NCBI GenBank assembly: GCA_946965045.2
Contig: OX337240.1
Coordinates: 1,426,001 to 1,490,000 of the forward strand
Direction of reading: 5' to 3'
Source of the DNA: Epithemia pelagica
Taxonomy: Eukaryota; Protista; Bacillariophyta
DNA length: 64,000 bases
This document shows, in pieces, positions 11,381 through 23,067 of this stretch (positions are counted from its first letter, which is position 1; the number at the start of each line of letters is the position of its first letter). The notes beneath the pieces are model-generated. The model made no database searches. It was given only the letters and a program-made list of their open reading frames with translations, and was not told where the DNA came from. The position numbers and the translations under genes were made by a program.

Positions 11381-11868
11381 GGAGCAAAGACACTGTTCCT
11401 CCTCCTTCTTTTGACTCTACAATAATCAATAAAAGCCCACAATACTGTCGGCCGCATTCGCATGGAAAATGGAAATGTTCTCATGTGATTGATGGAAGAA
11501 TGGGTCACGCCACGCACGTCTCAAATGGGACTCATCTAATGCCTATCGAAGAAGAGGGGTAGAAAAAGCCACCATATCTCTAGCTAGAGCTAGTTTCGAA
11601 TGGGAGTTCACAAAACACTATCAACTACCCTCGCAACTCTGGATGGCCACAGCTCATTATGGTGTTCGATTTCCATCCCTTTCAATAATGCTCTACTCTA
11701 GTAGCGAGAGCGAGTCATTTTGGTGGATTGGTCGTTTGTCTCCCTGTCGTGCACTCGAGGTCGAGGCGTCTTTTGCATACCCGTGACGACTGTGTGCCTG
11801 CCTTCGCTCGCTTTCTCATTCTCGAATGAGCGTCTCATTTGTTGCCAAGTAGAACGTTTGTTTGTTTC

Positions 11869-13563
11869 TTACGCCGCCGGGAGAGGAGGTTTGTTCCACA
11901 AAAGATAGGTCATGCCACCGGTCAAGGTAATTGTGACCAGGAGTAAAATGTGTGCGGCCGAGACACCGACTCCGTACAAGCGATGGCCCCATTCTTGGTC
12001 CACCATGTGTTCCAACTCGTGTCGTACTTGATCTCGATCGTCACCATTGACCAAGACCAAAGTGGCTCGTCGTTCCTTTTCGGCCAAGGACAATTGTGCT
12101 TGAATCCGATTGCGACAATCCTCCTCCGACCAGTCGGCATGACGGTGTCGCAACCGGTTCCATTGGACGGTAGAATCCGGCACGGTGACCATGACACTGA
12201 GACAAAACAAGTGTTGCAAGAACCAGGATTTGCTTTCAAACAACAAGGGCACTTCGGCCACGGTAAAATCGGCCCCCGACCACCAACATCCATAACAACA
12301 CCGTTGGAACAAGATCCAAAAAATGCGGGCATGTGTCAATCGATTCAAGGTCCGACGATGGGCCGTGTCACCAAAAATGACGGCACCCAATTTGGTCCGA
12401 TCAATCAAGGGAGGAACCATTGACGACGAGGACGCCCCATCTTCCTTCTCCTTGTTGTTGTCGTTGTCGACAAAGATATCGTACTGGTCAAAGGCGCGAC
12501 AGACGTTGGCATAGACGGATTCGTGAGGTTGAACCGAATACCCCTTTTCCTTGCTCGATAGTTCTTGTGGAGGGAGCAAGATTTCGTGTCCAATCTTGTC
12601 GCAATCAATGACATAAAAGGTATACGATTCCGCCTCGGGCTTGTCGTCGTCGTCATTGTCATTGTCGTTGGTGGCCTCATTGGATGGTGGATGGGACGAG
12701 TCGGAAGAAGGTGTTGTTGTGGCAGACTCGTCCTTGTTGTTGTTGTTGTTGTTTGTTTCATTCTTGTTCTTGTCTTGGTCCTCATTCTGGCTGTCGGTCG
12801 TCGTTGTGGTGGAGGTTTCTTGAAGCATGTTGAGAATGGTAGATTTTCCCGTCGCAATGCCACCGGTAATGGCAATGGGAGCCAATCCTTGTCCCAAGGA
12901 AAGACCTACCATGACAAAGGCCATGCGTAGTGTCAAAACACATCCCAATGCCACGGGAGTCAAAACATCGCTAGGCAATTGAATGTAGCACTCGTGTCCC
13001 CACATGGTTTGCAACCACGACCACCCATCGACGCACATCCAGTGGAGCCAGGAGAGAACCATCGTCATGGGTGTCGTCGTTGTTGTTGTCATCGAGGACG
13101 ACAATGGAAACATGCCGGGTGTTGGCAAGCATTTGGCACTGGGCAAGACCAGTTCCAATACGACATCGGCCACTACGATGGCCGTCCAGGCATTCCAGAC
13201 ATCGCGTCGGAGTATCGATCGCAAGAAGGAGAATGCATTGGTACAATTGAGGCGCAAAATCAATTGTCCCACGGGAAAACAAAGGGGAACGGTCAGACAC
13301 AGTCCCATTGCCACTTCATAGGCAATCATGGTGGGAGTCACGGGCCGACTTCCAAAGGTAAACAAGGCATTGGCGGTCGTAGTGCTTGTGGTAAAGGTTG
13401 GAAGAGTGCGGAGGAATTGGAGCGATGGTGGAAGGATGTCTGACGTTTGCAAGCAGTTCCATCCTAGCAAGGGGACCGATACTAGAGACGAAATCAAAAC
13501 CATGCTAAATGTATCAATCAATTGACGTTGTGAGAAATGGAATGGCGTGTATGGTACATGCAA
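11869..13563 (-). CDS. coaE: Dephospho-CoA kinase (CoaE/DCAKD-like) with N- and C-terminal hydrophobic segments
   Basis: P-loop AITGGIATGKST, plus IDCDKIGHEIL, IDRTKLGAVIF, LNRLTH, EVPLLFES and RIQAQ. The start may be ATG 13503. Confidence 0.85.
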   Translation of the reverse strand: MHVPYTPFHFSQRQLIDTFSMVLISSLVSVPLLGWNCLQTSDILPPSLQFLRTLPTFTTSTTTANALFTFGSRPVTPTMIAYEVAMGLCLTVPLCFPVGQLILRLNCTNAFSFLRSILRRDVWNAWTAIVVADVVLELVLPSAKCLPTPGMFPLSSSMTTTTTTPMTMVLSWLHWMCVDGWSWLQTMWGHECYIQLPSDVLTPVALGCVLTLRMAFVMVGLSLGQGLAPIAITGGIATGKSTILNMLQETSTTTTTDSQNEDQDKNKNETNNNNNNKDESATTTPSSDSSHPPSNEATNDNDNDDDDKPEAESYTFYVIDCDKIGHEILLPPQELSSKEKGYSVQPHESVYANVCRAFDQYDIFVDNDNNKEKEDGASSSSMVPPLIDRTKLGAVIFGDTAHRRTLNRLTHARIFWILFQRCCYGCWWSGADFTVAEVPLLFESKSWFLQHLFCLSVMVTVPDSTVQWNRLRHRHADWSEEDCRNRIQAQLSLAEKERRATLVLVNGDDRDQVRHELEHMVDQEWGHRLYGVGVSAAHILLLVTITLTGGMTYLLWNKPPLPAA

Positions 13564-14084
13564 TCGGATATATCGAATATCGAATGACTCTCCAACTCAA
13601 ATTAGTTTTGGAGAATGGCATCATTAATCTCCAGCAAGTGATGGAAGATTCCACCATGCTACGTAAATAGTAAACGTAATAAGTTCGTCGCTGTGACCGT
13701 TCGGGCGTACCTTCATCTTTCGGATGGCGTGGGGACTGGAACGTGGGTTGGACCCTTACTAAGAATGAACCAGCCAAACATCCGTTCACAAATCCATGTC
13801 GGAAGATCGGAACTCGGAACTCGGAACACTTTTTCAACTCGCATCTCGCATAGAAGTTTTGTGTCGTGCTGTGGGTCCCGACAACGTCGCTTTGTAGATG
13901 ATCAAAGGGGATGCAGGTCCCTTTCACATTCTTGTGCTTGAAGCTGTAATGGTCTAACGCAATCCATATCATAGGAAGAAAGAACAAGTCCACACTCAGA
14001 GTCTTTTTACCATCCTTAGCAGTTTCGGCTCAATTTGGCACGATTGAAGAGCCCCAGGAACCAAACACAACAATCTTATTCTGG

Positions 14085-17000
14085 TTGAGCGTCTGTTTCA
14101 TCATGAAGAGATTCTTGCAATCGTCCAATACGAATGAAAACAATGGCAACAAGAAAGACGACAGCCACAACGACGGTTCGAGCCAACCCAAGAAGAAGAA
14201 GGTCCAATGGTGGTGGGCATCCATGGTAGCTCGGTGGTTGTCGGACTGGTTGGGCATCGACCTGGACCCTACGAGTATGCAAACGCGCTTGTTTCGCAAT
14301 GCCGGTATCACCTTGCGCAATGTACCCCTCAAACAACAACATTCAAAAGAACAATCACCAGAACAAGAACAAGTTCCGTATCGAGGGTGGATCGATTTGG
14401 TGGAATTGCAGTGGAAGTGGACCGTGACAGGTCACATGACCAATGTCACCTTGTTGGTGTCGGGAGTCCATGTAACACTTTTGCCGTTGCCAACCACGCC
14501 GGATCCAACCTCACACGAATCCATCTCTTGTCCAAACAAGCCATGCAAGGAGGAGGATAATACTACCAGTAGTGACGACCAAGGCAACGAGGATCCGTGG
14601 GACTATGAACTTGTTTCCCCATTTGAAGAAGCAACCCTGGGGATACCAGCTTCATCATCATCGTCGTCGTCCGATCAGAATCACCAAAATGCCTCCAATG
14701 ACACCACCAAGTGGCGAACCAATCGATACCTTCAACATATATTGGATCAATTGACCTTGACGATTGAAACTGTTATCATTACAGTCGATCTAGATACCAA
14801 CGAAAGGTTCGAACTTGCAATGGGCCATCTGGAATTGAAACCAACAAATGTGCCTGGCAGTACCAACACTTCCACCACCTCCACGACGGGTCCGTTGCAT
14901 CAACAACTGCAAGTGCGAGGATTGCAAGCACGTATTTTGGTGCTCCAAGAACAAGAACAGCAAGACAACAAGACTCTTGGTGACAACCACACAAGAGGCA
15001 TGGACCAAGCGTTCGTGTCATCTTCGCTAATCGTTGTAGATTCCTGGCCAGTGATGAATTCGTGGCATGGTGTGTTGCAAATTCAACGCATTGAGGGTCG
15101 TCGCTTTGTCGACAGTCTCTGGTCGGGCTTGTGCATTCATGGAGTGGAACCGAGCTGTGCCCCCCTGCGTATTCATTGGTCGTCATCCCTCTGGCGCATT
15201 GGGCCATTTGTGGAGACGTGGCAGCGTCGTTTCCAACAGAACAAGCCGCAGAGGAGTCACAATGAAACCGGAGAGCTGGCATCGACCGGCAGCACCGCAC
15301 CAGCCACGGCGTTTTGTCCGAGTCAATTCACCTTGCCCTTCTCCTCCATAGACTTGGTCTTGGAGGAAACGGGGAATGTTGTATCTCTGCAAAACTGCCA
15401 ATGGTCGCTTCAGGGAGATGGATCTCATGACTGGACCTTTCAGGGGAGTCCCATGGTGTACTCGACGAAATCGAGTTCGGTGATTGTCCCCGTCAAGTGG
15501 CACGTGGATTGGACGAAGCATTGCGTCCATGTCATGTCCACACAGGGGACCTCTCCTGAGGCAACACGAGAGGACGAGCAAGAGTCGAAATCCGCGGTGT
15601 CACCAACATGCCAGGGACCCTATCCTCGACTGGAATTCAATCTTGAAGACTGGAAGACCCTGGTTGAAGGAACCAAGACCATTTGGTTGGATTTGTTTCA
15701 TTCTTCCGTATCATCCTCCCTTTCCGCCCACAGCTGCCAAGGGCACGTGGCAGAAACAAGCCCGCCCCCGAGCACGGCTCCAGCAATAACGACCTTGCAA
15801 ACAGGGTGGTCTCTTGAGTTTGGAAATGAGTTGGCCGTCCGATTCAAACGCCGGACAAGCCCCAATGACAATGACAGTCCACTGTGCGAGGAGGAGGAGG
15901 AGGAGGAGTGGATCGAGTGCGGCCTCCGTGGACTCCAGACGCAATGGGAACCAACGACAGCAGGAGGAGGAGGTTGTCGTGTCGAGTGGGATCGCATCCA
16001 AGTTACAACAAATTGGACAGCAAATCAACCAGTGCTATCGCTTCCGTCAGGACAATGGGATAGTGGCTCCAATCAATTGGTTTTCAACGATGCTCAGGAA
16101 TCCGTCATCACTCTTGATCAACATGGTATCCAAAAACTTTACATGTTGTGGAAAGAACTCTATTTATCGCAAATCTTTGTACAAGAGTCTCGAGCGACGC
16201 CTTCTCCTCTTTCATTGCCTCTGGAAGAGCATACGGCATCACCGTCTTCCTTCCGTCCTTCTACACTGCAGCTGTCTCTTCCCAAAATCCGGGTCAACTG
16301 GTGGAGCCCTGACGACAGTTTGCGACCTGTTGAGCCGTCGAAGCAGGTGATTCTTGTGGATTCGATGTGTATCAACGCGGACCTTGAAAATGATACATTA
16401 TGTATGGGTTGGAACTCTTTGGAGATGAGAGATGATAATACTCAAATGGTCTTCTCTTTACGCGAGATTGGAAACCTCAAGCTTCAACAGGTCAAAGGAT
16501 CCTTCGTTTCCTGTTCGATTGGTGAGAGTGGTACATTGGATTGTCGCATAACGTTACCCGGCGATCGATGGCTTGACCTCAAAGTAGAGTCTCCTACAGT
16601 TCGACGGCCATCCGAAACAGAAGCTGGTTCTCCTAGTAGCCCGCCGTTTGTTGTCGAATGGAAGCGTTTGGAAATTGCTCATTGCAGTTCAATTGGAGAG
16701 AGAGTCGATTTATCGGTCCCAGCTGCAACGTCCGATGGACAAACAATCTCGATCTCCGAGCAACTATCGGTGGAGGCGTCAACGCTTTCAGCGTTTGGTT
16801 CCTTCTCCTCATTTGTATCTCAAGTGGCGAGATGCTTTTCCTTCATGGGCAACATGAACATGTTGTTTGAATGTCCGGTTCGACTTAAAATGGCCGCATG
16901 CTGTATAAGTGTTGAATCAGTCGATCTCATTATGAACAACGTGGAAGTTGATGGTATAATGTGTTCCTGTGAAAGGATCCGGGCTCGCGGAGTTAACGGC

Positions 17001-19373
17001 AAAGAGAGCTTACTTTGTCTTGAGGCTTTGTCCATCTTTGTCTCAAATGACGACACTCTCTGCATCCAATCAACCTTTTCGGTGGTTGCAGCCTCACTGA
17101 ACGATACTGTCCGTATCTCGTCACCCATTGATAATGTTGTAGCAACTTTCCATGGAAATCTTTTTCACCCGGCGGGACATGGCGACGCACGCAGCACCGC
17201 GTATGTCCCGTTCCATTGTGATATCGCTGTCAAAACAGTGAAACTTGACGTTTTACCCACCACAAATGATTCCGAAATCGATTTATCGAGTTCCGTTCAA
17301 TTGGACCAAAGCAAGCTCTCGATAAAGAATGTTGGGTCTTTTGTTCATTGGGCTTTTTCCTGTGAGCACCTCTGCTGTTGGCGAACGCGGCATTCCCCTT
17401 TTCAGACCGATTTGAAGGGTTTGGAGGTGAGCTCCAAGACCAATCCCCAGCAAAATCTTTCCACGTCGCATCTTTCGATTCCATGTGTGGGTGAACTCTG
17501 TGAGCTCAATCTTTCAATTCAAAGACTCCATCGACTTTCCAATGATACATATGCCCTTGTATCTCCGGTCGACGGAATAACGGCATCGTTACAGGGTGGT
17601 ATAATGATAATTCAGAGCCCTCGAGTGGAATTGGAGACACAGGCTCCCAATCGAGATTGTCATCGAATAACAAGATCGACATTTGTGCTCCCTCTCCCGG
17701 TTCAGGCACATGTGGACGAATGTGTTGTATTCAAGACATGCTCGGATGGGGAGCATTTGAAACTAGTATCTCTTGGGACGTCGTCCATATACTTCGAAAG
17801 GGCGCTAGGGGATGAAACAGGAGGAGTAAGAATCCAAATTGTCAAAGCTCTGGACGTTGTCTACCTCGAAACAATCCGTGTCCCAGAGATTAAGGCGTCG
17901 GCCATTGTTCGTCCGGAACGCTTGGACGTTTTCAGAAAGGTGGAAGTCCATTTGGACGCAGCAGAGATAACGGCAGACTTTTCTTCGGAAGAATGGAACA
18001 GACACTTGGCAGTTAACGAGTCTTCCCATCTTTATCAACTCCCACTAATACGTATTTCAGCATTTGAAGTTGTGCTTCATTTCAAGAAGGGCGTTGCAAG
18101 TGTCAGCGACGCAGTACTGAAGCTCTCGGCTGTAATCGGTAGCCATGAAAGTGACAGTAGTGTTCTGGTTGCTCATTATACTGATCAGATTAAGAAGCGG
18201 ATTCCTTACCTGTTTCTCAAGACAGATGTCCTCGGGGCAAATGTTGGTGATTCCATGAGCTCCGTTGCAGCGAGTGTCGCCTTTCGGTCCACGATTGGAG
18301 GCTCTGTCGCAGGTGTGGTTGGTTATGACGCCATAAGCTCGGCCATCTCCATGGGCAAAAAAAGTCGAGGTGCTGAACAAACGGAACGGTACAAGTTCGG
18401 TGACCTTTCTCGAGGTCTCGTGCAATCTGTCCGGGAAGCATCGAAGGCAGGCTCCCGCATGAGGGGAGACGATCAATACGAGTTAGGCGATGTCACGGCG
18501 GGTGCGGCGTCTGCTGCGATGCAGTATACTTCTGAAAACCGTGTCCGGCTTTCATCTGCCGTAGGATCAGGTATGGGAATGGCGGCAGGCTTTGCTATCG
18601 CAGGCCCTGTTGGGATGATTGGCGGTGCTTTGTTGGGTTCGAGAGCTGCTGGCGAAGTCGTGGCTCAGACTACCGGCGATCCAAAGAAGGACAAGAGTCG
18701 CCCAATGCTGAATGACAGTAGTCATCGCGCTCCTGGAAATGATCGTAAACCTGTGAAACACGGAAGTTCACGTGTCTCTGCCCCGCCTGAAAACATGTTC
18801 ACGGGTGCCACATCTCGGCGATCTGTATCCGTTTCGACCCGGTCTCAAACATCACAAAATTCCCACACACCACATCGGAGCACTGAGCAAAACCGACATG
18901 ACCTGTCCACAAACACGGCGAACCATCACAATCAACATGCACGAAATCTGACCTTGCCCTCTCCATCACTGGGACACTCCAATTCGCCTCACAACTGTAC
19001 AAGGGAACAAGTCATATCTTCGAGCCAACCATCTCCCACCCATAACGGCTCGGCGGATCGACGTCATCGTTCGTCGGCACTTGACCTCAAACAAGAACAA
19101 GGAAGTGACCGCCTTGTCTCCTCCGCACATGCGATGAAACAAGATCGGCGTAGACCCCAAAGCGGCTTTCGGGGCTCTCAATCTATGCAACAGCAGCGCC
19201 CGTCTCCAACAAGAGATAGTTCTCAACAGCAACCAGGAGAGACGGCAGATGGCTACAAGTTTGGAGACATAACTCGTGGTATCATCGCTCGGGGGAAGCA
19301 ACTACGAGGGGAAACAAAGGATTCCAACTATCGATTTGGTGATTTCACACGCGGTCTCTTTGGCGGACCTTGA
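14085..19373 (+). CDS. Large ATG2/VPS13-like (chorein-N) bridge-type lipid-transfer protein candidate
   Basis: 1762-aa ORF, first ATG at 14103. The N-terminus (ARWLSDWLGIDLD...GITLRNVPL; ILDQLTLTIETVII) resembles chorein-N and is followed by a long beta-rich body. The C-terminus has a Gly-zipper-like hydrophobic hairpin and four Y-x-[FL]-G-D motifs. Family assigned by pattern only. Confidence 0.55.
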   Translation: MSVCFIMKRFLQSSNTNENNGNKKDDSHNDGSSQPKKKKVQWWWASMVARWLSDWLGIDLDPTSMQTRLFRNAGITLRNVPLKQQHSKEQSPEQEQVPYRGWIDLVELQWKWTVTGHMTNVTLLVSGVHVTLLPLPTTPDPTSHESISCPNKPCKEEDNTTSSDDQGNEDPWDYELVSPFEEATLGIPASSSSSSSDQNHQNASNDTTKWRTNRYLQHILDQLTLTIETVIITVDLDTNERFELAMGHLELKPTNVPGSTNTSTTSTTGPLHQQLQVRGLQARILVLQEQEQQDNKTLGDNHTRGMDQAFVSSSLIVVDSWPVMNSWHGVLQIQRIEGRRFVDSLWSGLCIHGVEPSCAPLRIHWSSSLWRIGPFVETWQRRFQQNKPQRSHNETGELASTGSTAPATAFCPSQFTLPFSSIDLVLEETGNVVSLQNCQWSLQGDGSHDWTFQGSPMVYSTKSSSVIVPVKWHVDWTKHCVHVMSTQGTSPEATREDEQESKSAVSPTCQGPYPRLEFNLEDWKTLVEGTKTIWLDLFHSSVSSSLSAHSCQGHVAETSPPPSTAPAITTLQTGWSLEFGNELAVRFKRRTSPNDNDSPLCEEEEEEEWIECGLRGLQTQWEPTTAGGGGCRVEWDRIQVTTNWTANQPVLSLPSGQWDSGSNQLVFNDAQESVITLDQHGIQKLYMLWKELYLSQIFVQESRATPSPLSLPLEEHTASPSSFRPSTLQLSLPKIRVNWWSPDDSLRPVEPSKQVILVDSMCINADLENDTLCMGWNSLEMRDDNTQMVFSLREIGNLKLQQVKGSFVSCSIGESGTLDCRITLPGDRWLDLKVESPTVRRPSETEAGSPSSPPFVVEWKRLEIAHCSSIGERVDLSVPAATSDGQTISISEQLSVEASTLSAFGSFSSFVSQVARCFSFMGNMNMLFECPVRLKMAACCISVESVDLIMNNVEVDGIMCSCERIRARGVNGKESLLCLEALSIFVSNDDTLCIQSTFSVVAASLNDTVRISSPIDNVVATFHGNLFHPAGHGDARSTAYVPFHCDIAVKTVKLDVLPTTNDSEIDLSSSVQLDQSKLSIKNVGSFVHWAFSCEHLCCWRTRHSPFQTDLKGLEVSSKTNPQQNLSTSHLSIPCVGELCELNLSIQRLHRLSNDTYALVSPVDGITASLQGGIMIIQSPRVELETQAPNRDCHRITRSTFVLPLPVQAHVDECVVFKTCSDGEHLKLVSLGTSSIYFERALGDETGGVRIQIVKALDVVYLETIRVPEIKASAIVRPERLDVFRKVEVHLDAAEITADFSSEEWNRHLAVNESSHLYQLPLIRISAFEVVLHFKKGVASVSDAVLKLSAVIGSHESDSSVLVAHYTDQIKKRIPYLFLKTDVLGANVGDSMSSVAASVAFRSTIGGSVAGVVGYDAISSAISMGKKSRGAEQTERYKFGDLSRGLVQSVREASKAGSRMRGDDQYELGDVTAGAASAAMQYTSENRVRLSSAVGSGMGMAAGFAIAGPVGMIGGALLGSRAAGEVVAQTTGDPKKDKSRPMLNDSSHRAPGNDRKPVKHGSSRVSAPPENMFTGATSRRSVSVSTRSQTSQNSHTPHRSTEQNRHDLSTNTANHHNQHARNLTLPSPSLGHSNSPHNCTREQVISSSQPSPTHNGSADRRHRSSALDLKQEQGSDRLVSSAHAMKQDRRRPQSGFRGSQSMQQQRPSPTRDSSQQQPGETADGYKFGDITRGIIARGKQLRGETKDSNYRFGDFTRGLFGGP

Positions 19374-19621
19374 CCCAGTACGATATTCTTAGAGACGATA
19401 GCAGAGCTGCCTAATTTGGTTTGTTGGATCAGTAAGACTTTGAAATATTGGGAGAAGACGGCGCTTTGCCTCACGACATCGTCCGATTATTTACTCTAGT
19501 CTGCTTCGACCACAAAGGAAACACTTGGTTTTCGCCACAAGAGTGGCATATTATCGCACTCTCAAATTGTCTGCAAGCGATTGGGAATTTATGGCGTGGT
19601 ACTGACAGTCAACGAAATAGT

Positions 19622-22600
19622 TTACTTACGACGCCGAATTTCGGAAATTGCAACATCATCCACAACTTCACCATCGCTAAACTGCACCGTTAACCACCAT
19701 GCACCAATGTTTTTCGGATCCAAGTTGTTTGGTTCGAACTCTACTTGCGTGACAACGCAATCTTCATACTCCTTTTTACCTACATCTTCTTCATCAAACA
19801 ACCGTACTTGAATCTCTTGTCCTACCAGGTCGTTGGGGTGAAATCGATGAACCAAACGAGAAGCATACGTTCTTGTCTCATCCATGATTTCAAGCTGGTA
19901 ACTGGCGTTAGGAAAGGCTTCTACCACAATGCCAAAATAGAAAAAGGCCCCCCGTTGAATTTTGACAAGTGAGCCAGAATGCATCCATGCGCCGGGTGCA
20001 GGTTCATGTGTAGGATGTCGGTCTGCATCGATTATTGCCGTGGAGGTCGGGGAAATCGACCTGTCTATATGTCCGTTGTGGCTTGGAATTTTCTGTAGGC
20101 AAAAAGAGCGTCGAAACCTTTCGCAGGGCATTGCATCGACAATAGATGAAACCTCTTGTAATGTTTCTTCGCCAGAAGCTTGCCAATCTAGCGACATGGG
20201 GTGTGCCTGCAACGATAACGATGACACTCTAGTGTGGGTGGAAGTTGGGACAGCTACCTTCCTATTCAAACTTTTCTCCTCGGCTGTTGTAGTCGCAGCA
20301 TTGTACAATCTTTCTTCGAGGGTATGTAAGACGGGGACGGCATGTCCATGCGCCATGGCAGTTGTTTGGTAAATTCCAAAACGCCATTCAGAGACAAGCG
20401 GCTCCAAGGTGTCACGAGTTAATCGATGCAACACTGGGTACAAAACTTGACTAAGAAGTCGATGTTCAAGAACCGTTTTAGCTTCAACATGCGACATGAG
20501 AAACCATTTGCCGTCTTGTCCCTGTTCCAAGAACCGAGCTTGGTTCTCATGCCACAAGCATTGTACCAGCAACCACTCGACCAATTGATCTTTGGCCATA
20601 AGAACAAGTGCTTTCCCGTGTGGACTTTCAAATTGTTTTATCATCTGCTGCAATTGTGCATTCCCGTGATGTCCCTTGTAAATCATGTCTTTGAAAATGC
20701 CGAAATAGTGCGATCCACCAATGCGATGCTCAAGCAGAATATCATGCCGTATCGGCAAAGTCGTCCAACCATGACTCTTGACACCAAATTCTGCCTCATG
20801 TTCCAGAACACTTGCATTCAGACGATTATGACGCAAGTCCTTGGCCCACTGTGTCGAATCAACGTGAGACCTTGCTCCCAGCCAAACTCCGTACGACAGC
20901 AAACCAAACTTTGCCATTTGACAAAGAGCATTCATTATGCCGTGTGAAGATGACTTCGGATTGCTCGATTCTTGTTGGTTAGTTCCCAATATGTTCTTGG
21001 CTTGTTTCAAGATCCAAGCCGCTGCATAAGACAAAAACATGTACACCAAGAGAAAAGCTCCAACGAATATGGCGTGAAACACACGGACACGTTGCCACAA
21101 GGCATTGTAGTAAAAGAACCAGGCTCGATCGTCATCCAATTGCTCCAGAGTCACAGTAGCCGTTGTTTGTAACAAGAATTTTGGAATTGGAGATGTTGGT
21201 AACAAGAATTTTGGAATCGGAAACGGCAAGGGTGCCTTTCCTTCATAGACCACGTCGTCCAAACTTTCTGGCGTGAATTCTTCTGGATCGTTGCATATCC
21301 TACTAATGGCATTGTTGAAAAAGTCGTATCCCCATGATTCTTGGATATTGTACAAACCCATGGATCGCAGAATGCTCCACGGCCGTTGCATCACCGTTGT
21401 TGCTTTTTGAACATCGCCCCATGTGTGGCCCTATGAAACAGCAAGGCTGTGAGAAAATGACAAAGTGCGCGAAATGCCAAGACTCTCATCAACACACCGA
21501 CAAATGCCAGTGAGCACGTCACACAACACTTACAAACAAATCAGCTCGAACGGCAAACATGACTTTTTGCACTGATTGTCGTGATTCGGCCCTCGGACGA
21601 GGCTTGGCACCAAACGCCAATATAACCAAGACGCGTTCGCGTCCTGGTTCTGGATCGACGTGTTCGGCGCCCCGATGGAACACATTTAAATTCATAATAG
21701 CCGCGTCGCCAGCAGGCCAGTACGGTTCCGACTCTCGATCGGTCCCTACTGGTGTAGCGTTGGTTTCGTGATTGGACTCTTGTGGTGGTGGCACGACCAT
21801 GGAAAACCCATGTTGACGACACGTGCTGTAGACTTGTTGAAAATCACCACAATACTGTGTGCCAGGACAAACTTGTGTGGCTCCCATAGCCGCTGTGGTG
21901 TTCTGCAATTGAATCAGGACTGAATGCGCGGATGCAAAGGATCGAGCATGTCCCAAGCCAGAAAGTTCTGGATTGACATCGTAGTGATACGGCTGATCTG
22001 TGGCACCATAATGCGAGGCAACCGTGACCATTTCCAACACGGCTGTACAAAAAGCAATCACCGAACCAAGACGTAACCCAGTGAGCAAAATATTGCACTG
22101 ACAAGAAAGGAAGACACAGCAACACGGGAAACAAGTGCAATCGAGGAACATGGATTCTCGCTCCCTGCACTATGTAAAGGAATCTGTGACATGTGACTAC
22201 TGACCTGGATCTTTGCCCATAATTTCCTGGATTGCGTTGCTGTTGTTGTATGGAAATTTTGCCATATCATTTCCAATCGAACATGGGACAAAAAAGCCGC
22301 ATTCTGAGCACCACAATCCATGGGACAAAACGGTTGTGGTAACTAGAGCGCCAGCGATACGTACCTGAGTATAGGATGGTTGGTAATTTCCTCCAAGGCT
22401 TGCGCCACAATGGGATGATCTTGGGGATTCAATGCAATCGACTCTCGTTCACCTGCTGGATAAATCTGAAAGTCCTTAATGGCTTGTAGTTTGTTTTGTG
22501 TCAAAATATGTTGTCGCAATTCTGTGGCGGTGGAAGGACTCAAGACTTGAGGAATGACGGAAAAACATGCTTCAAATGATGATGGTAAATCTGCTCGACA

Positions 22601-23067
22601 AGATTGTTTTGGTTTTGGTTGGTAGTGTTGTTGTTTGTCATGGCTGTTGGGGAAACTGCGTACAAATCTTGAGGATTTGTGGTGGATACGTCGTCGGCTG
22701 AACATTGGCGATAATAATAGGTATGTTCCTTGAATTTTCGTTCTTTGGTCCAGGGAAAGCTTGTATAGAGGCGAAGCAAGTATTCCTCGTAGACATAATT
22801 CATCCATGTTGTCCCTGCAAGACTCAACAAGACGAGACATAGCAACAAGTCCAAGATCGATCGAAAAGAAGCATTCCAGGAGGAGGGCCCATCAGGACGT
22901 ACGTGACGTTGTATTCGGAGGCGCATGTTGCCCTGACTGTTCTGCGTCACAGGTCGGTCCCTACTACCCTTGGTTGTTGGAATGACGGGCACCAAGGGTT
23001 TGGACAAAGACGGTGACGGTCGTTGTGGTTGATTGCCCATGGTGGCATTTTGACTATCCTCCTTCAT
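19622..23067 (-). pseudogene. Membrane-anchored PhyH-type Fe(II)/2-oxoglutarate dioxygenase (~1018 aa, 4 exons) with a 1-nt frameshift (real lesion or assembly error)
   Basis: Exons 22365-23067, 22205-22239, 21534-22042 and 19622-21430; all introns are GT-AG. Motifs GKDPAVLEM, QPYHYD (HxD), GATQVCPGT and FHRG (distal His). The first three exons sum to 1247 nt; restoring one base near 22566 (CATG[G]TTTTTCC = HGFSVIPQVLS) restores the frame. Confidence 0.75.

Noticed and set aside
13514-13993. 159-aa ORF between the divergent coaE and ATG2-like genes
   Set aside because: No motif, overlaps the likely shared promoter and the coaE start region; probably spurious.
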